DNA of 64,000 nucleotides. Origin: Deltaproteobacteria bacterium. GTDB taxonomy: Bacteria; Desulfobacterota; Binatia; JACPRU01. Both the position numbers and the translations under genes were made by a program. Location of the stretch: NCBI GenBank assembly GCA_016189835.1, contig JACPRU010000040.1, positions 1,230-65,229 on the forward strand, written 5' to 3'. Each line of letters begins with the position of its first letter. Position 1 is the first letter of the stretch. Positions 9,250-22,339 of the stretch are shown here, one piece after another. The notes below the pieces were generated by a model that was given only the letters and a program-made list of their open reading frames with translations, had not been told where the DNA came from and did not search any database.

Positions 9250-9474
9250 TCACGCGGCCTCGACGCGAGTGAAGGCGGACGCCGCCCCGTGTCGACGCTG
9301 CCCCGTCAATGCGTCGACCGTCCCCCAGGCCGCGAGCACCTCGCCACGCACGCGGTCCTTGAATTGAGTCTCCCGCTCGACTACCAGCACGCGGGCGCCC
9401 TGCTCGGCCATCGCGCGAGCCAACGACGAGCCGCCGAGCCCGCCACCCACGGTGACGATGTCGTACGATCTCAT
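9250..9474 (-). pseudogene. Remnant: N-terminal 74 aa of an FAD-dependent oxidoreductase/monooxygenase
   Basis: [45 protein letters not shown] is a Rossmann GxGxxG dinucleotide-binding N-terminus. The ORF stops after 74 aa, about 40 nt before the next gene. Full-length family members are around 400 aa. Confidence 0.55.
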
Positions 9475-9540
9475 TCCCCCCTCCCGGTCGAGAAGGTCGT
9501 TGCGGCGTGAGCGGGGCCCCGATACCCGCAAGGCGCGGCG

Positions 9541-10545
9541 ATGACCAGCGCCGCGGCCTTCTGGCGACGACACTGGTTTCTCGTCGGCCTCGGCGGGGTG
9601 GCCGTCGCCGCCGTGGCGGCGCCGGCAGGCGGGGTTGCGCTGCGGCAAGCGGGCTTCGTGCTGCCGGCCATGACCGCGGCGAGCCTGTTCCTCTCCGGCG
9701 TCTCGCTCGAGACCGCCGGCCTGCGCGAGGGGGCCGACAAGCGCGGCTGGCTGCTCGGCGTATCGTCCACCTACCTGGTCGCGCCAGCGCTCGCCGTCGC
9801 GTTCGTCCGCCTGTGGGGGCCGGAGAACGGAGGGGCGGGCAGCGAGGGCTACTTGTTCTTCGAGGCGATGATGATCGTCGCCGCGCAGGCCGGCACGATC
9901 GCCTCGGCGCCGGCGCTGACGCTCGTCGCCGGCGGCAACCAGGGCCTCGCGCTGCTGATCACGCTGTCGACCAATCTCATGACCGCGTTCGTCACGCCGC
10001 TGCTGCTGCGCATCACCATCGGCACGGTGGTGTCGTTTCCGGTCGGCCGGATGATGCTGGAAGACGCGGCCGTCGTGCTGCTGCCGGTGCTGGCCGCGCA
10101 GGTCGTGCACCGCCTGTTCTGGCCCCGCCTGCATCGCTTCCGCCCGGCGATCGTCCACCTCTCGCAGGCGATCATCCTGGTCTTCGTCTACACCGGGATC
10201 TCCGCCGCGGCCGCGCACCTGTCGCAGCGGCCGGGCCTGATCTTCGCGTTCGTCGCCACGGCGGCATCGCTGCACGTGGCTCTTCTCCTCTGGAACCATC
10301 GCGCGGCGTCGTGGCTCGGCCTGTCGCCGGCGAACCGCACGGCGGTGGTCTTCTGCGGCTCGCAAAAGACGCTGCCGAACGGCATCTACCTGTGGGACAC
10401 GTTCTTCCCGGCGAACCCGCACGGCGCGCTCGCGCTGGTCTGCTATCACGTGTTTCAGCTCGTGCTCGACAGCCTGCTGGTGCCGTGGCTCGCGCCGCGG
10501 CCGGTGGCGGCGCAAGAGACCGAGGAGATCGTCGATGGTGCCTGA
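9541..10545 (+). CDS. Bile acid:Na+ symporter (SBF-like) family membrane transporter
   Basis: 334 aa, about 10 hydrophobic helices, and an SBF-like signature around [14 protein letters not shown]. Confidence 0.65.
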   Translation: MTSAAAFWRRHWFLVGLGGVAVAAVAAPAGGVALRQAGFVLPAMTAASLFLSGVSLETAGLREGADKRGWLLGVSSTYLVAPALAVAFVRLWGPENGGAGSEGYLFFEAMMIVAAQAGTIASAPALTLVAGGNQGLALLITLSTNLMTAFVTPLLLRITIGTVVSFPVGRMMLEDAAVVLLPVLAAQVVHRLFWPRLHRFRPAIVHLSQAIILVFVYTGISAAAAHLSQRPGLIFAFVATAASLHVALLLWNHRAASWLGLSPANRTAVVFCGSQKTLPNGIYLWDTFFPANPHGALALVCYHVFQLVLDSLLVPWLAPRPVAAQETEEIVDGA

Positions 10546-10561
10546 GCCATAGGGCCGACGC

Positions 10562-10759
10562 ATGGAGCGTGACGGCGACTCCCAACGGCGCCTCGGGCTC
10601 TGCGCGGGCTGCCGCTTCGCCCGCCGGGTGCGGAGCGCGAAGGGATCGGAGTTCCTGCTCTGCGGCCGCTCGGAGCTCGATCGCGCGTTTCCGCGCTATC
10701 CGCGCCTGCCGGTGGTTCGCTGCGGCGGCTTCGAATCGGACCGCGGGGACCGCCGCTAG
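10562..10759 (+). CDS. Small conserved Cys-rich protein (4 Cys: CxxC ... C ... C)
   Basis: 65 aa: CAGCRF...[10 protein letters not shown]...[16 protein letters not shown]. The pattern matches a small hypothetical family I recall from many high-GC bacteria. Coding-like GC3. Confidence 0.5.
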   Translation: MERDGDSQRRLGLCAGCRFARRVRSAKGSEFLLCGRSELDRAFPRYPRLPVVRCGGFESDRGDRR

Positions 10760-10832
10760 CGGATCCTGCGGCGTGCCGGGGGTAGCGCCGGCTGCTGCGT
10801 CGCCGGGGCTTCTGTGCCAGAATGGCCGGACT

Positions 10833-14497
<3,665 letters not shown>

Positions 14498-14513
<16 letters not shown>

Positions 14514-15208
14514 AAAAGGGGTCGGGAGTCTTTTCCTTCGGCTCCGGCCTTTCGAGGTCGCCCTCGGTGTCGCAACGTGAACTCGAGGCCGAGTTGCGAC
14601 GCAGTCCTCGCTTGCCATTCGGGAGTGCCGAATGGAGCTCCTCGGGCCATCGATTCACGGAGAGCCGCCTCTTCGGTCGGGGTGAGCGCAGCGTTCAGGT
14701 ACGCGAGCCAATCGCGCGAGTGTTCGAAGGGCCATGGAGCCAAAAGACGGTCGGAATCGCCGGCCAGACGGCTTGAGAGGCTCGACCAGGGCCATTCCTC
14801 GGCGTGGCGGACCAACCCGGCACGTAGCGGATTTCTCTCTACGTAGCGGCATGCGGTGAGCAGGTAGTTGTCGTTCTCGATGGGGAAGGATCTGAAGCGG
14901 CCCTGGTACAGCGCCCCGGTTCCCGCTGTCCGGTGAGCGGCATGCCATCGCTGTACGTGGGTAACGGTGAGCAGACGCATGAACTCGGAGAGATCGCCGG
15001 CGTGGGCTGGCCGGACGATCAAGTGCCAGTGGTTCGGCATGAGGCAATACACGAATATCTCCATCGGGATCCGTCGCGCGGTCTCTGCCAGCACCTTCTC
15101 AAACGCCCGGTAGTCGCCGTCCGTGGAAAACAACCGCACCCTGGCGACCGCTCGGTTGAGAACGTGGAAGGGCAAGCCGGCGGTATCGATACGGCGTCGT
15201 CGCGGCAT
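14498..15208 (-). CDS. REP-associated tyrosine transposase (RAYT; IS200/IS605 Y1 TnpA-like)
   Basis: 236 aa with the HUH motif in [11 protein letters not shown] and the catalytic Tyr motif [14 protein letters not shown]. Its last roughly 13 codons are encoded by REP copy 1 and the 3' end of metH (16-nt convergent overlap). Confidence 0.85.
14512..14536 (+). repeat. REP element copy 1 (GAAAAAGGGGTCGGGAGTCTTTTCC)
   Basis: The core GGGGTCGGGAGTCTTTT is identical in 6 copies in the window. The unit is self-complementary at its ends (GAAAAG...CTTTTC). It starts within the metH stop codon. Confidence 0.85.
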
Positions 15209-15350
15209 GACCGATTTCGCCGCCTTTCTTTGCGAAGACCGGGCCAGCGCCGAAGGGCAATTTTCTGCTGTCCTTCGCGAGGATCGAGCGAGATCCCCAG
15301 CCGCGATGAAACGAAACGCTTCGAATCGACCGGGGATGAAGCAGTCCGTT

Positions 15351-15377
15351 GAAAAAGACTCCCGACCCCTTTTCTCC
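15351..15377 (-). repeat. REP element copy 2 (inverted relative to copy 1)
   Basis: The plus strand reads GAAAAAGACTCCCGACCCCTTTTCTCC, the reverse complement of the REP core. Confidence 0.85.
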
Positions 15378-15426
15378 GCAGCGGCGACCGAGTATGGCAG
15401 CGGGGTCTGACGCGTCAGGGGATCTC

Positions 15427-15894
15427 ATGTCGCACGTCGATCCACCGGCTGCTCTCGGCACCCTGGGCTTCCTCGTCGGCCGCTTCCACGGCGAGGGGCG
15501 GTTTCAGCGCGGCGCGGTCACGTTCGAGAAGGAGGTCGTTGGGCGCTGGGAGGTCGGCGGCCATTTCCTGTCGTTGTCGATGGTCGCCAGCTACCGCGTC
15601 GAAGACGTCGTGGCGGACGTCCATCAAGCGCTGGCGCTGGTCGGCGTCGATCCCGCGAGCGGCGACCTCCAGGCGCACGTGTTCACCGACGGTGGACAGG
15701 TCCTCGAGCACCGCCTGCGGCTGGACGCCGATCGGCTCTCGTTTCACGACCGCGTTCCCCACGAGACCCGCGCGAAACAGGCGCGCAAGACCCTCGTCCG
15801 CACGGCGTACGGTTACGAGGAGACCCTCGAAGTCGACCGCGACGGCGACGGCTTCGAGACTTACTCGGTGGTGCGGCTGCGCCGGCTGCCGTAG
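15427..15894 (+). CDS. Hypothetical soluble protein (155 aa)
   Basis: Track ORF 15349..15894 trimmed to ATG 15427, because the upstream codons are REP sequence. Coding-like GC3, no family recognised with confidence. Bracketed by REP copies. Confidence 0.4.
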   Translation: MSHVDPPAALGTLGFLVGRFHGEGRFQRGAVTFEKEVVGRWEVGGHFLSLSMVASYRVEDVVADVHQALALVGVDPASGDLQAHVFTDGGQVLEHRLRLDADRLSFHDRVPHETRAKQARKTLVRTAYGYEETLEVDRDGDGFETYSVVRLRRLP

Positions 15895-15902
15895 GGGAGG
15901 CA

Positions 15903-15957
15903 GGAAAGGGGTCGGGAGTCTTTTCCGCCGAGCGGAAAAGACTCCCGACCCCTTTTC
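15903..15957. repeat. REP doublet (inverted pair, 7-nt spacer) forming a long hairpin between convergent genes
   Basis: GGAAAGGGGTCGGGAGTCTTTTCC gccgagc GGAAAAGACTCCCGACCCCTTTTC. Lies between the stop of 15427..15894 (+) and the stop of apaG (-). Plausible bidirectional terminator. Confidence 0.85.
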
Positions 15958-15958
15958 T

Positions 15959-16342
15959 CTAGTTGAGCGCCCCCGGAATCGCCAGCGTGAACGGCGCGAT
16001 TCGCGCGTCGAACGTCTCGCCGCTCTCGGTGACCATGCGGTAGCTCCCCTGCATCGCGCCGATCTGCGTGGAGAGCGGGCAGGCGCTGGTGTACTCGAAC
16101 GCCTCGCCGGGGCGCAAGCGCGGCTGCTTGCCGACCACGCCGGGGCCGCGCACCTCCTGTTCCTTGCCCATGCCGTCGGTGATGACCCAGTGGCGCGACA
16201 GCAGCTGCACCGGCTCGTCGCCCTGGTTTTCGATCGTCACGTGATAGGCGAAGAAGAACTCGCCGTTTTGCGGATCCGACCGCTCCGGAACGAACTCCGA
16301 TTCCACCTTCACCCGGATCCCGCGCGTGATCGCCTCTGACAT
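15959..16342 (-). CDS. apaG: ApaG (DUF525) protein
   Basis: 127 aa: ITRGIRVKVESEFVPERSDPQNGEFFFAYHVTIENQGDEPVQLLSRHWVITDG...F. Typical ApaG sequence throughout. Confidence 0.9.
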   Translation of the reverse strand: MSEAITRGIRVKVESEFVPERSDPQNGEFFFAYHVTIENQGDEPVQLLSRHWVITDGMGKEQEVRGPGVVGKQPRLRPGEAFEYTSACPLSTQIGAMQGSYRMVTESGETFDARIAPFTLAIPGALN

Positions 16343-16407
16343 TCCCGACCTCCGGGGGCCTTCCCTACATTTCCGGCGCGCGTTGCGCTAGGGGTGGCGA
16401 GCCACGA

Positions 16408-17634
16408 ATGGGCCTCCCGGCGCTGTCGATCTACTGGTTCCTCTACCTCGGCGCGCTCGGCATCCTGTTCCCGTTCTTCAGTCTCTACCTGAGCGACAAC
16501 GCCGGGTTGAGCGCCACGCAGGTGGGGGTCGTGGTGACCATGTCGCCGCTGCTGGCGCTGGTGGCGCCGACGGCCTGGGGCCAGTTGGCGGACCGCGCGC
16601 GCTCGCGCGTGCGCGTTCTGGCGCTGGCGACGCTCGGCGCCGCCGTTTTCACGGCCACGCTCGCCGCTCTGCGCGGCTTCGCCCCGTTGCTGGCCGGGGC
16701 CGCGGCACTGGCCGCGTTCTCCACCGGCGTCGTGCCGCTGATCGTTTCGGTGACCCTCGGCGCCCTCGGCGACGGCGCCCTCCATCGATTCGGCCTGACC
16801 CGGGTGTGGGGAACGGTCGGCTTTCTCGTCCTCGTCGTCGTCTTCCCGCCCGCGCTTCACCGCGTTCAGGCGATCCGCGGTCTCGAGCCGCAGGTCGGAG
16901 GACCCGCCGAGCCGGGCCTCGCGCTGATGTTTCCGGTCGCCTCCGTGCTGATGCTCGCCGCGGTGCTGGCGGCGCGGGTGATTCCCGAGCGGAAGGAGCT
17001 CGCGCTTCACGCCCGGCGCGGCGATTGGCTCGAGCTTCGCCGCCATGCCCCGTTCGTGCGCGCGCTCGGCTTCGCGTTCTGCGCTTCCCTCTTCCTGCAG
17101 GGACCGATGAGCCTGTTCCCGCTCTACGTGCGGGCGCGCGGCGGCGGCCTCGATTCGCTGAGCCGGATGTGGATCCTCATGCTGCTGCCGGAGATCCCGC
17201 TGGTGGCGTTCGCCGGGACGGCGCTGCGCCGCGTGGGTCCGCGCGGCCTGCTGGCCCTGGGCGTGGCGGCCGGCGGCCTGCGCTGGCTGGTCTGCGGGCT
17301 GGTGAGCGATCGGCGCGCGATCTACGCGACGCAGCTCCTTCACGGGGTGACGGTCGCCGGGCTCGGCGTCGGCGGACCGCTCTACGTGGAGTCGGTGGTG
17401 CCCTCGGGGCTGCGCTCCACCGGCCAGGGCCTGAACGCCGTGGCGGGCGTGGGCGTCGGGGCGATCGTCTCCAACGTAGCGGCCGGCTGGCTGATGGATC
17501 ACGTGAGCACCACCGCACCGTTCCTCGTCGGCGGCGCCGGCGCGCTCGCGCTCGCCGCGCTGACGCCGGTACTGCTGCCGCCGCCGCGCCGGCCGCGGCT
17601 TCCCGCAGTCGACGAAGGGCGACGAGGCGACTGA
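16408..17634 (+). CDS. MFS transporter (MFS_1_like / nucleoside-H+ symporter-like)
   Basis: 408 aa, about 12 TM helices, and an N-terminus (LSIYWFLYLGALGILFPFFSLYL...GQLADR) typical of this MFS subgroup. Confidence 0.65.
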   Translation: MGLPALSIYWFLYLGALGILFPFFSLYLSDNAGLSATQVGVVVTMSPLLALVAPTAWGQLADRARSRVRVLALATLGAAVFTATLAALRGFAPLLAGAAALAAFSTGVVPLIVSVTLGALGDGALHRFGLTRVWGTVGFLVLVVVFPPALHRVQAIRGLEPQVGGPAEPGLALMFPVASVLMLAAVLAARVIPERKELALHARRGDWLELRRHAPFVRALGFAFCASLFLQGPMSLFPLYVRARGGGLDSLSRMWILMLLPEIPLVAFAGTALRRVGPRGLLALGVAAGGLRWLVCGLVSDRRAIYATQLLHGVTVAGLGVGGPLYVESVVPSGLRSTGQGLNAVAGVGVGAIVSNVAAGWLMDHVSTTAPFLVGGAGALALAALTPVLLPPPRRPRLPAVDEGRRGD

Positions 17635-17648
17635 AGGGCTCGCCGGCG

Positions 17649-18335
17649 TCAGCCGGGAGCCACCCAGCGCACCAGGAACACGAAGTGCGCCGCGCTGCCG
17701 CCGAGCACGAACAGGTGGAAGATCTCGTGGAAACCGAACACCCGCGGCAGCGGGTTCGGTCGGCGCGTCGTGTAGACGATCGCCCCGCCGGTGTAGAGCA
17801 GTCCTCCGGCGAGCAGCCAGGCGAGAGCGCTCGGCGGAAACGCCCGCACCAGCGGCACGACCGCCACCAGCGCGGCCCACCCCATCGCCACGTAGATCGT
17901 CGCCGAGACCCGGCGCGGCAGCGCGGGGAAGAAGAGCTTGATCAGCGCGCCGGCCAGCGCCGCGCCCCAGATCACGCCGAAGACGCTCCAGCCCCAGCCG
18001 CCGCGCAGCGTGATCAGGCACACCGGGGTGTAGGTGCCGGCGATCAGCAGGAAGATGGCGACGTGGTCGAGGCGGTTCAGCCACTTTCGCTGCGCGATCG
18101 GCACCAGCAGCCCGTGATAGAACGCGCTGGCGAGATACAGCAGAATCAGGCTCCCGCCGTAGATCGAGAACGAGGCGAGCCTCCAGGGATCGCCCTCGGA
18201 CAGCACGATGAGCACCGCCAGGCCGGCGATCGCCGCCAGCGCGCCGGCCAGATGCGAGTAGCAGCTGAACGGCTCGACCGCCCGCCACCACGCACGGCGC
18301 CGGCGGGCGCGCGGCAGCCGACTCACCGTCTTCAC
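17649..18335 (-). CDS. Hemolysin III / PAQR family membrane protein
   Basis: Motifs: CYSHLAGA, LDHVAIFLLIAGTYTP, FHEIFHLFVLGGSAAHF. The track ORF extends to 18482. I place the start at GTG 18335 (VKTVSRLP), giving about 228 aa. The start is uncertain. Confidence 0.75.
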   Translation of the reverse strand: MKTVSRLPRARRRRAWWRAVEPFSCYSHLAGALAAIAGLAVLIVLSEGDPWRLASFSIYGGSLILLYLASAFYHGLLVPIAQRKWLNRLDHVAIFLLIAGTYTPVCLITLRGGWGWSVFGVIWGAALAGALIKLFFPALPRRVSATIYVAMGWAALVAVVPLVRAFPPSALAWLLAGGLLYTGGAIVYTTRRPNPLPRVFGFHEIFHLFVLGGSAAHFVFLVRWVAPG

Positions 18336-18469
18336 GGGCGCGGATTCTATGCGAGGTGGATCGGGTTCGCTACCCCGCGGCAACTTCACGGTTCTCCCCA
18401 CGCGCTCGGCTCGAGAGCTTCCTCGCGGCGAAGGGACTGCTATAGTGGCTGCTTTTCCGAGGACTCGAC

Positions 18470-20296
18470 TTGGGACAGCCACGCAACGACATCCGTAACA
18501 TCGCCATCATCGCTCACGTCGACCACGGCAAGACGACGCTCGTCGACGCCATGCTGCATCAGAGCGGGATCTTTCGGAAGAACGAGCGGGTCGTCGAGCG
18601 GGTGATGGATTCGTTCGCTCTCGAGCGCGAACGCGGCATCACGATCCTCGCCAAGAACACCGCCGTCGAATACCGCGGCGTGCGCATCAACATCGTCGAC
18701 ACCCCGGGGCACGCGGACTTCGGCGGCGAGGTCGAGCGCACGCTGGCGATGGTCGACGGCGTGATGCTGCTGGTCGACGCCTCCGAAGGACCGCTGCCGC
18801 AGACGCGCTTCGTGCTCAAGAAGGCGCTCGAAGCGGGACTGCCGCCGATCGTCTGCATCAACAAGATCGACCGGACCGACGCGCGCATCGCCGCCGTGCT
18901 CGACGAGATCTACGACCTGTTCATCGATCTCGACGCCACCGAGGAGCAGCTCGACTTTCCGATCGTCTACACCAACGCTCGCCGGGGCGCCGCCAAGCGC
19001 CGGCTCGAAGACGCCTCGGAAGACCTGCGGCCGCTCTTCGACCTCATCCTGTCGGCGCTGCCGCCGCCGACCGTCGATGCCGAGGCGCCGACCCAGTTCC
19101 AGTGCAACAATCTCGATTACGACAACTACGTGGGCCGCCTCGCCATCGGGCGCCTGACGAGCGGAGAGCTGCGAAGCGGCGGAAACTACGCGTGGCTGCG
19201 CGCCGACGGGTCGAGCGCGCCGGTCAAGGTGACGCAGATCTACTCGTGGCACGGCCTGACGCGGATGCCCGTCGATCGCGCGGCCGCCGGCGACGTGGTG
19301 GCGGTGGCCGGCATCGAGGACGCGCACATCGGCGACACCGTCGCCGACCCCGAGCGGCCCAGACCGCTGCCGCCGATCCGCGTCGACGAGCCGACGATCA
19401 CCATGATCTTCGCGGTCAACAACTCGCCGTGGGCGGGGCGGGAAGGGGAGTACGTGACCTCGCGCAAGCTCCGCGAGCGGCTGGAGCTCGAGCGGCGGCG
19501 CAACGTCAGCGTGCGCATCGAGGAGACCGATTCGCCGGACGCGCTGCGCGTGACCGGCCGCGGCGAGCTGCAGCTCGGCATCCTGATCGAGACCATGCGC
19601 CGCGAGGGCTACGAGCTCGCCGTGTCGAAGCCGACGGTGGTGACGCGCGAGAAGGACGGCGCGCTGCTCGAGCCGCTGGAGCTGCTGGTCATCGACGTTC
19701 CCGAGGAGTACATCGGCGTGGTGTCGCAGCTCCTCGCGCTGCGGCGGGGTAGGATGACCAAGATCCACCACGCCGGATCGGGGCGCGTGCGGCTGGAGTT
19801 CGCGGTGCCGTCGCGCGGCCTGATCGGCTTTCGCTCCCACTTCCTCACCCAGACGCGCGGCACGGGCATCCTGAACGCGCTGTTCGAGGGCTGGGCACCC
19901 TGGCACGGAGCGATCCAGGCGCGGACCAACGGCGCGATGGTGGCCGACCGCGAGGGCACGTCGACACCGTACGCGATCTTCAGCCTGCAGGAGCGGGGGA
20001 TTCTCTTCGTCGGGCCGGGGACGCGGGTGTACGAGGGCATGGTGGTCGGCGAGTATTCGCGCGACAACGATCTCAACGTGAACATCTGCCGCGAGAAGAA
20101 GCTCACCAACATCCGCGCGGCGGGACGGGACGAGAACATCATCATCACGCCGCATCGCGAGATGGGCCTCGAGGAGGCGATCGAGTGGATCGCCGACGAT
20201 GAGCTCGTCGAGGTGACGCCGCAGGCGGTGAGGCTGCGGAAGAAGATCCTGAAGCAGGTGGAAAGGCCGAAGCGGCGAGCCGAGGCTGGAGCGTAA
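18470..20296 (+). CDS. typA: Translational GTPase TypA/BipA
   Basis: [38 protein letters not shown]. 608 aa, colinear with TypA. The start codon is TTG. Confidence 0.95.
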   Translation: MGQPRNDIRNIAIIAHVDHGKTTLVDAMLHQSGIFRKNERVVERVMDSFALERERGITILAKNTAVEYRGVRINIVDTPGHADFGGEVERTLAMVDGVMLLVDASEGPLPQTRFVLKKALEAGLPPIVCINKIDRTDARIAAVLDEIYDLFIDLDATEEQLDFPIVYTNARRGAAKRRLEDASEDLRPLFDLILSALPPPTVDAEAPTQFQCNNLDYDNYVGRLAIGRLTSGELRSGGNYAWLRADGSSAPVKVTQIYSWHGLTRMPVDRAAAGDVVAVAGIEDAHIGDTVADPERPRPLPPIRVDEPTITMIFAVNNSPWAGREGEYVTSRKLRERLELERRRNVSVRIEETDSPDALRVTGRGELQLGILIETMRREGYELAVSKPTVVTREKDGALLEPLELLVIDVPEEYIGVVSQLLALRRGRMTKIHHAGSGRVRLEFAVPSRGLIGFRSHFLTQTRGTGILNALFEGWAPWHGAIQARTNGAMVADREGTSTPYAIFSLQERGILFVGPGTRVYEGMVVGEYSRDNDLNVNICREKKLTNIRAAGRDENIIITPHREMGLEEAIEWIADDELVEVTPQAVRLRKKILKQVERPKRRAEAGA

Positions 20297-20439
20297 CGCT
20301 CGCGCCGCCGGTCGAAGCGCGCCGGCTCGCGCCGTCGATTTCCGGCTCGCGCCGAGGCCACCCCGGGGCCGCGCGGTCGCGAGCGGCTCCGGCGTTGCGA
20401 AGGGGTGCGGCGGTCGAGGAGGCCGCGGACGCGGCGCGG

Positions 20440-21165
20440 TCACCCGAGCAAGTCGAGCAGGTCGGGGATGCGGCGAATGACGTGCCGCGGCCGGTCGCCG
20501 TCGGTCGGCGGCGGGCGGTCCTCGCGGTGCCAGATCAGTACCGAGCGCAGCCCGACCCGGTTCGCGCCGGCGATGTCCTGCGGCAACGAGTCGCCGACGA
20601 ACAGCGCCTCGTGCGGCTCGCACCCGGCGCGGCGCAGGGCCTCGGCGAAGATGCGGGAGTCGGGCTTGCACGACCCGGCTTCCTCGCTCGACAGCAGCCA
20701 GTCGAAGTGACGGTCGAGCTCCGCCAGCGTGCCGAGGTGAGCGAGCTGATCGCGATCGATGTTGCTGACCACGCCGAGGCGAAGCCCGCGCCGGCGCAGC
20801 TCAGCGAGCGTCTCGCGAGCGCCTTCGCGCAGCCGGAAGTCGCGCCGGTGGAGCCGCCACTGCATCTCTCGGTAGCGGTCGAGATGCTCGGGGTCGGCCG
20901 GGCAACCGAGCTCGTGGAGCATGCCGATGGCGGCCTCGCGGAACATGTCGCGATGCAGGAAGAAGCTCCGGGTGAGGTGGCAGCGAAAGGTCCGGCGCAA
21001 CGCCACGCGGTACGCGCGATGAACGGTCTCGACGTCGGCTTTCGCGCCGGCCAGCTCGGCGAGCAGCGTCAGGCTCTCGCGGTCGCCGGGCAGCAGCGAG
21101 TCGTAGGCGTAGAGCGTGCCGCCGAAATCGAAGAGAACGGCGCGCACCGGCGCCTTCCGATTCAT
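20440..21165 (-). CDS. HAD superfamily hydrolase (subfamily IA-like)
   Basis: Motif I is VLFDFGGTLY (haloacid-dehalogenase-like DxxGT form). Also VVSNIDRD and FVGDSLPQDIAGANRVG. Confidence 0.75.
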   Translation of the reverse strand: MNRKAPVRAVLFDFGGTLYAYDSLLPGDRESLTLLAELAGAKADVETVHRAYRVALRRTFRCHLTRSFFLHRDMFREAAIGMLHELGCPADPEHLDRYREMQWRLHRRDFRLREGARETLAELRRRGLRLGVVSNIDRDQLAHLGTLAELDRHFDWLLSSEEAGSCKPDSRIFAEALRRAGCEPHEALFVGDSLPQDIAGANRVGLRSVLIWHREDRPPPTDGDRPRHVIRRIPDLLDLLG

Positions 21166-21348
21166 GCGCCGGCTCCGTGACGGGCCGGCGCGTTGCCGGG
21201 CTTGCGGTCCATGACCGGATTGTCTCCGCTTCGCGGCGCGCTCTCAATCCCCCCTCTCGGAGCATCGCGGCGCCGACGTCGGGCCCGGGTCTCCCGACGT
21301 TCGGCCGTTCCTTTCGCTGGGTCGAGCACTCCTCTATGTAGAGCGGCC

Positions 21349-22260
21349 ATGAGCGAGCGCGCAGCGTCGGCCGCGGACCGCAAGATCGGTCACGTCACCG
21401 TGCTCGGCGGAGACCGGGGCGGAAGATACCCGCACGGCAACTCCCTGCTCGTCGAGGGCTCGCAGGAGACGATGCTCGTCGATCCGTCGCTCTCGCTGGT
21501 TCCCCGCGCGCGGGCGCTGCCGCGAGTCGATCGTGTGCTCAACAGCCACTGCCACGAGGATCACATCGCGGGCAACCATCTCTTTCCGAGCGCGCCCTGG
21601 CTGGTGCACGAGCTGGACGTCGTCGGGCTGCGCTCGCTCGACGACATGATGGCGATCTACGGCTACTTCGGAGCCGCCTTCACGTACATGCGCCAAGCCC
21701 TGATCGACGAGTTTCATTACACGCCGCGGCCCGACGCCGAGCGCTTCCGCGGCGGGCAGGTGTTCGATCTCGGCGGCGTCTCGGTACGGGTGATCCACAC
21801 ACCCGGACACACCCGGGGACATTGCTGCCTGGCGATCGAGCCGGACGGCGTGCTGTACCTCAGCGACATCGACCTTTCGAGCTTCGGACCGTACTACGGC
21901 GACGCCTGGTCGTCGCTCGAGGACTTCGAGCGCACGCTCGCCGCCGTGCGCGATCTCGAGGCCCGGCACTACGCGACCTTCCACCACATCGGCGTCGTCG
22001 AGGGCCGCGAGGAGTTCCTGGTACGGCTCGACCGCTTCGCCGACGTGATCGGCGCCCGCGAGCGGCGTCTGCTCGAGTTCCTCGGCGAGCCGCGCACGCT
22101 CGAGGAGGTGGTGGCGCGCCGCTTCGTCTATCGCCCCACCGACCCGGTGCCGTTCGCCGATCCGGTCGAGCTCCGCAGCATGAGCCAGCACGTCGAGCGC
22201 CTGATCGCGCAGGGGCGCGTGCGCGAGGTCGAGCCCGGCCGCTACCGCGCGGCGGGTTGA
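21349..22260 (+). CDS. MBL-fold metallo-hydrolase
   Basis: HxHxDH motif (NSHCHEDHIAG) and a downstream HTPGHTRGH. Track ORF trimmed to ATG 21349 (MSERAAS...). Confidence 0.7.
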   Translation: MSERAASAADRKIGHVTVLGGDRGGRYPHGNSLLVEGSQETMLVDPSLSLVPRARALPRVDRVLNSHCHEDHIAGNHLFPSAPWLVHELDVVGLRSLDDMMAIYGYFGAAFTYMRQALIDEFHYTPRPDAERFRGGQVFDLGGVSVRVIHTPGHTRGHCCLAIEPDGVLYLSDIDLSSFGPYYGDAWSSLEDFERTLAAVRDLEARHYATFHHIGVVEGREEFLVRLDRFADVIGARERRLLEFLGEPRTLEEVVARRFVYRPTDPVPFADPVELRSMSQHVERLIAQGRVREVEPGRYRAAG

Positions 22261-22339
22261 GCGCCGGCCGAGCGACCCGGCGTGCCGCGAAGGCGTCGAC
22301 GCGCGCGAGCCCCGCCGGCGGGGAGCGATTGCGGCGCGA

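Noticed and set aside
10760-10832. Possible cobalamin or SAM riboswitch in front of metH
   Set aside because: Only 74 nt are available and I see no B12-box or SAM-I-like conserved helices. B12 riboswitches typically control metE rather than metH.
20296-20440. 13-nt direct repeat CCGGCTCGCGCCG (20322..20334, 20342..20354, plus a partial copy at about 20298) between typA and the HAD gene
   Set aside because: Short, GC-rich and only two full copies in a convergent intergenic region. This is compatible with chance or terminator-stem sequence and is not CRISPR- or iteron-like.
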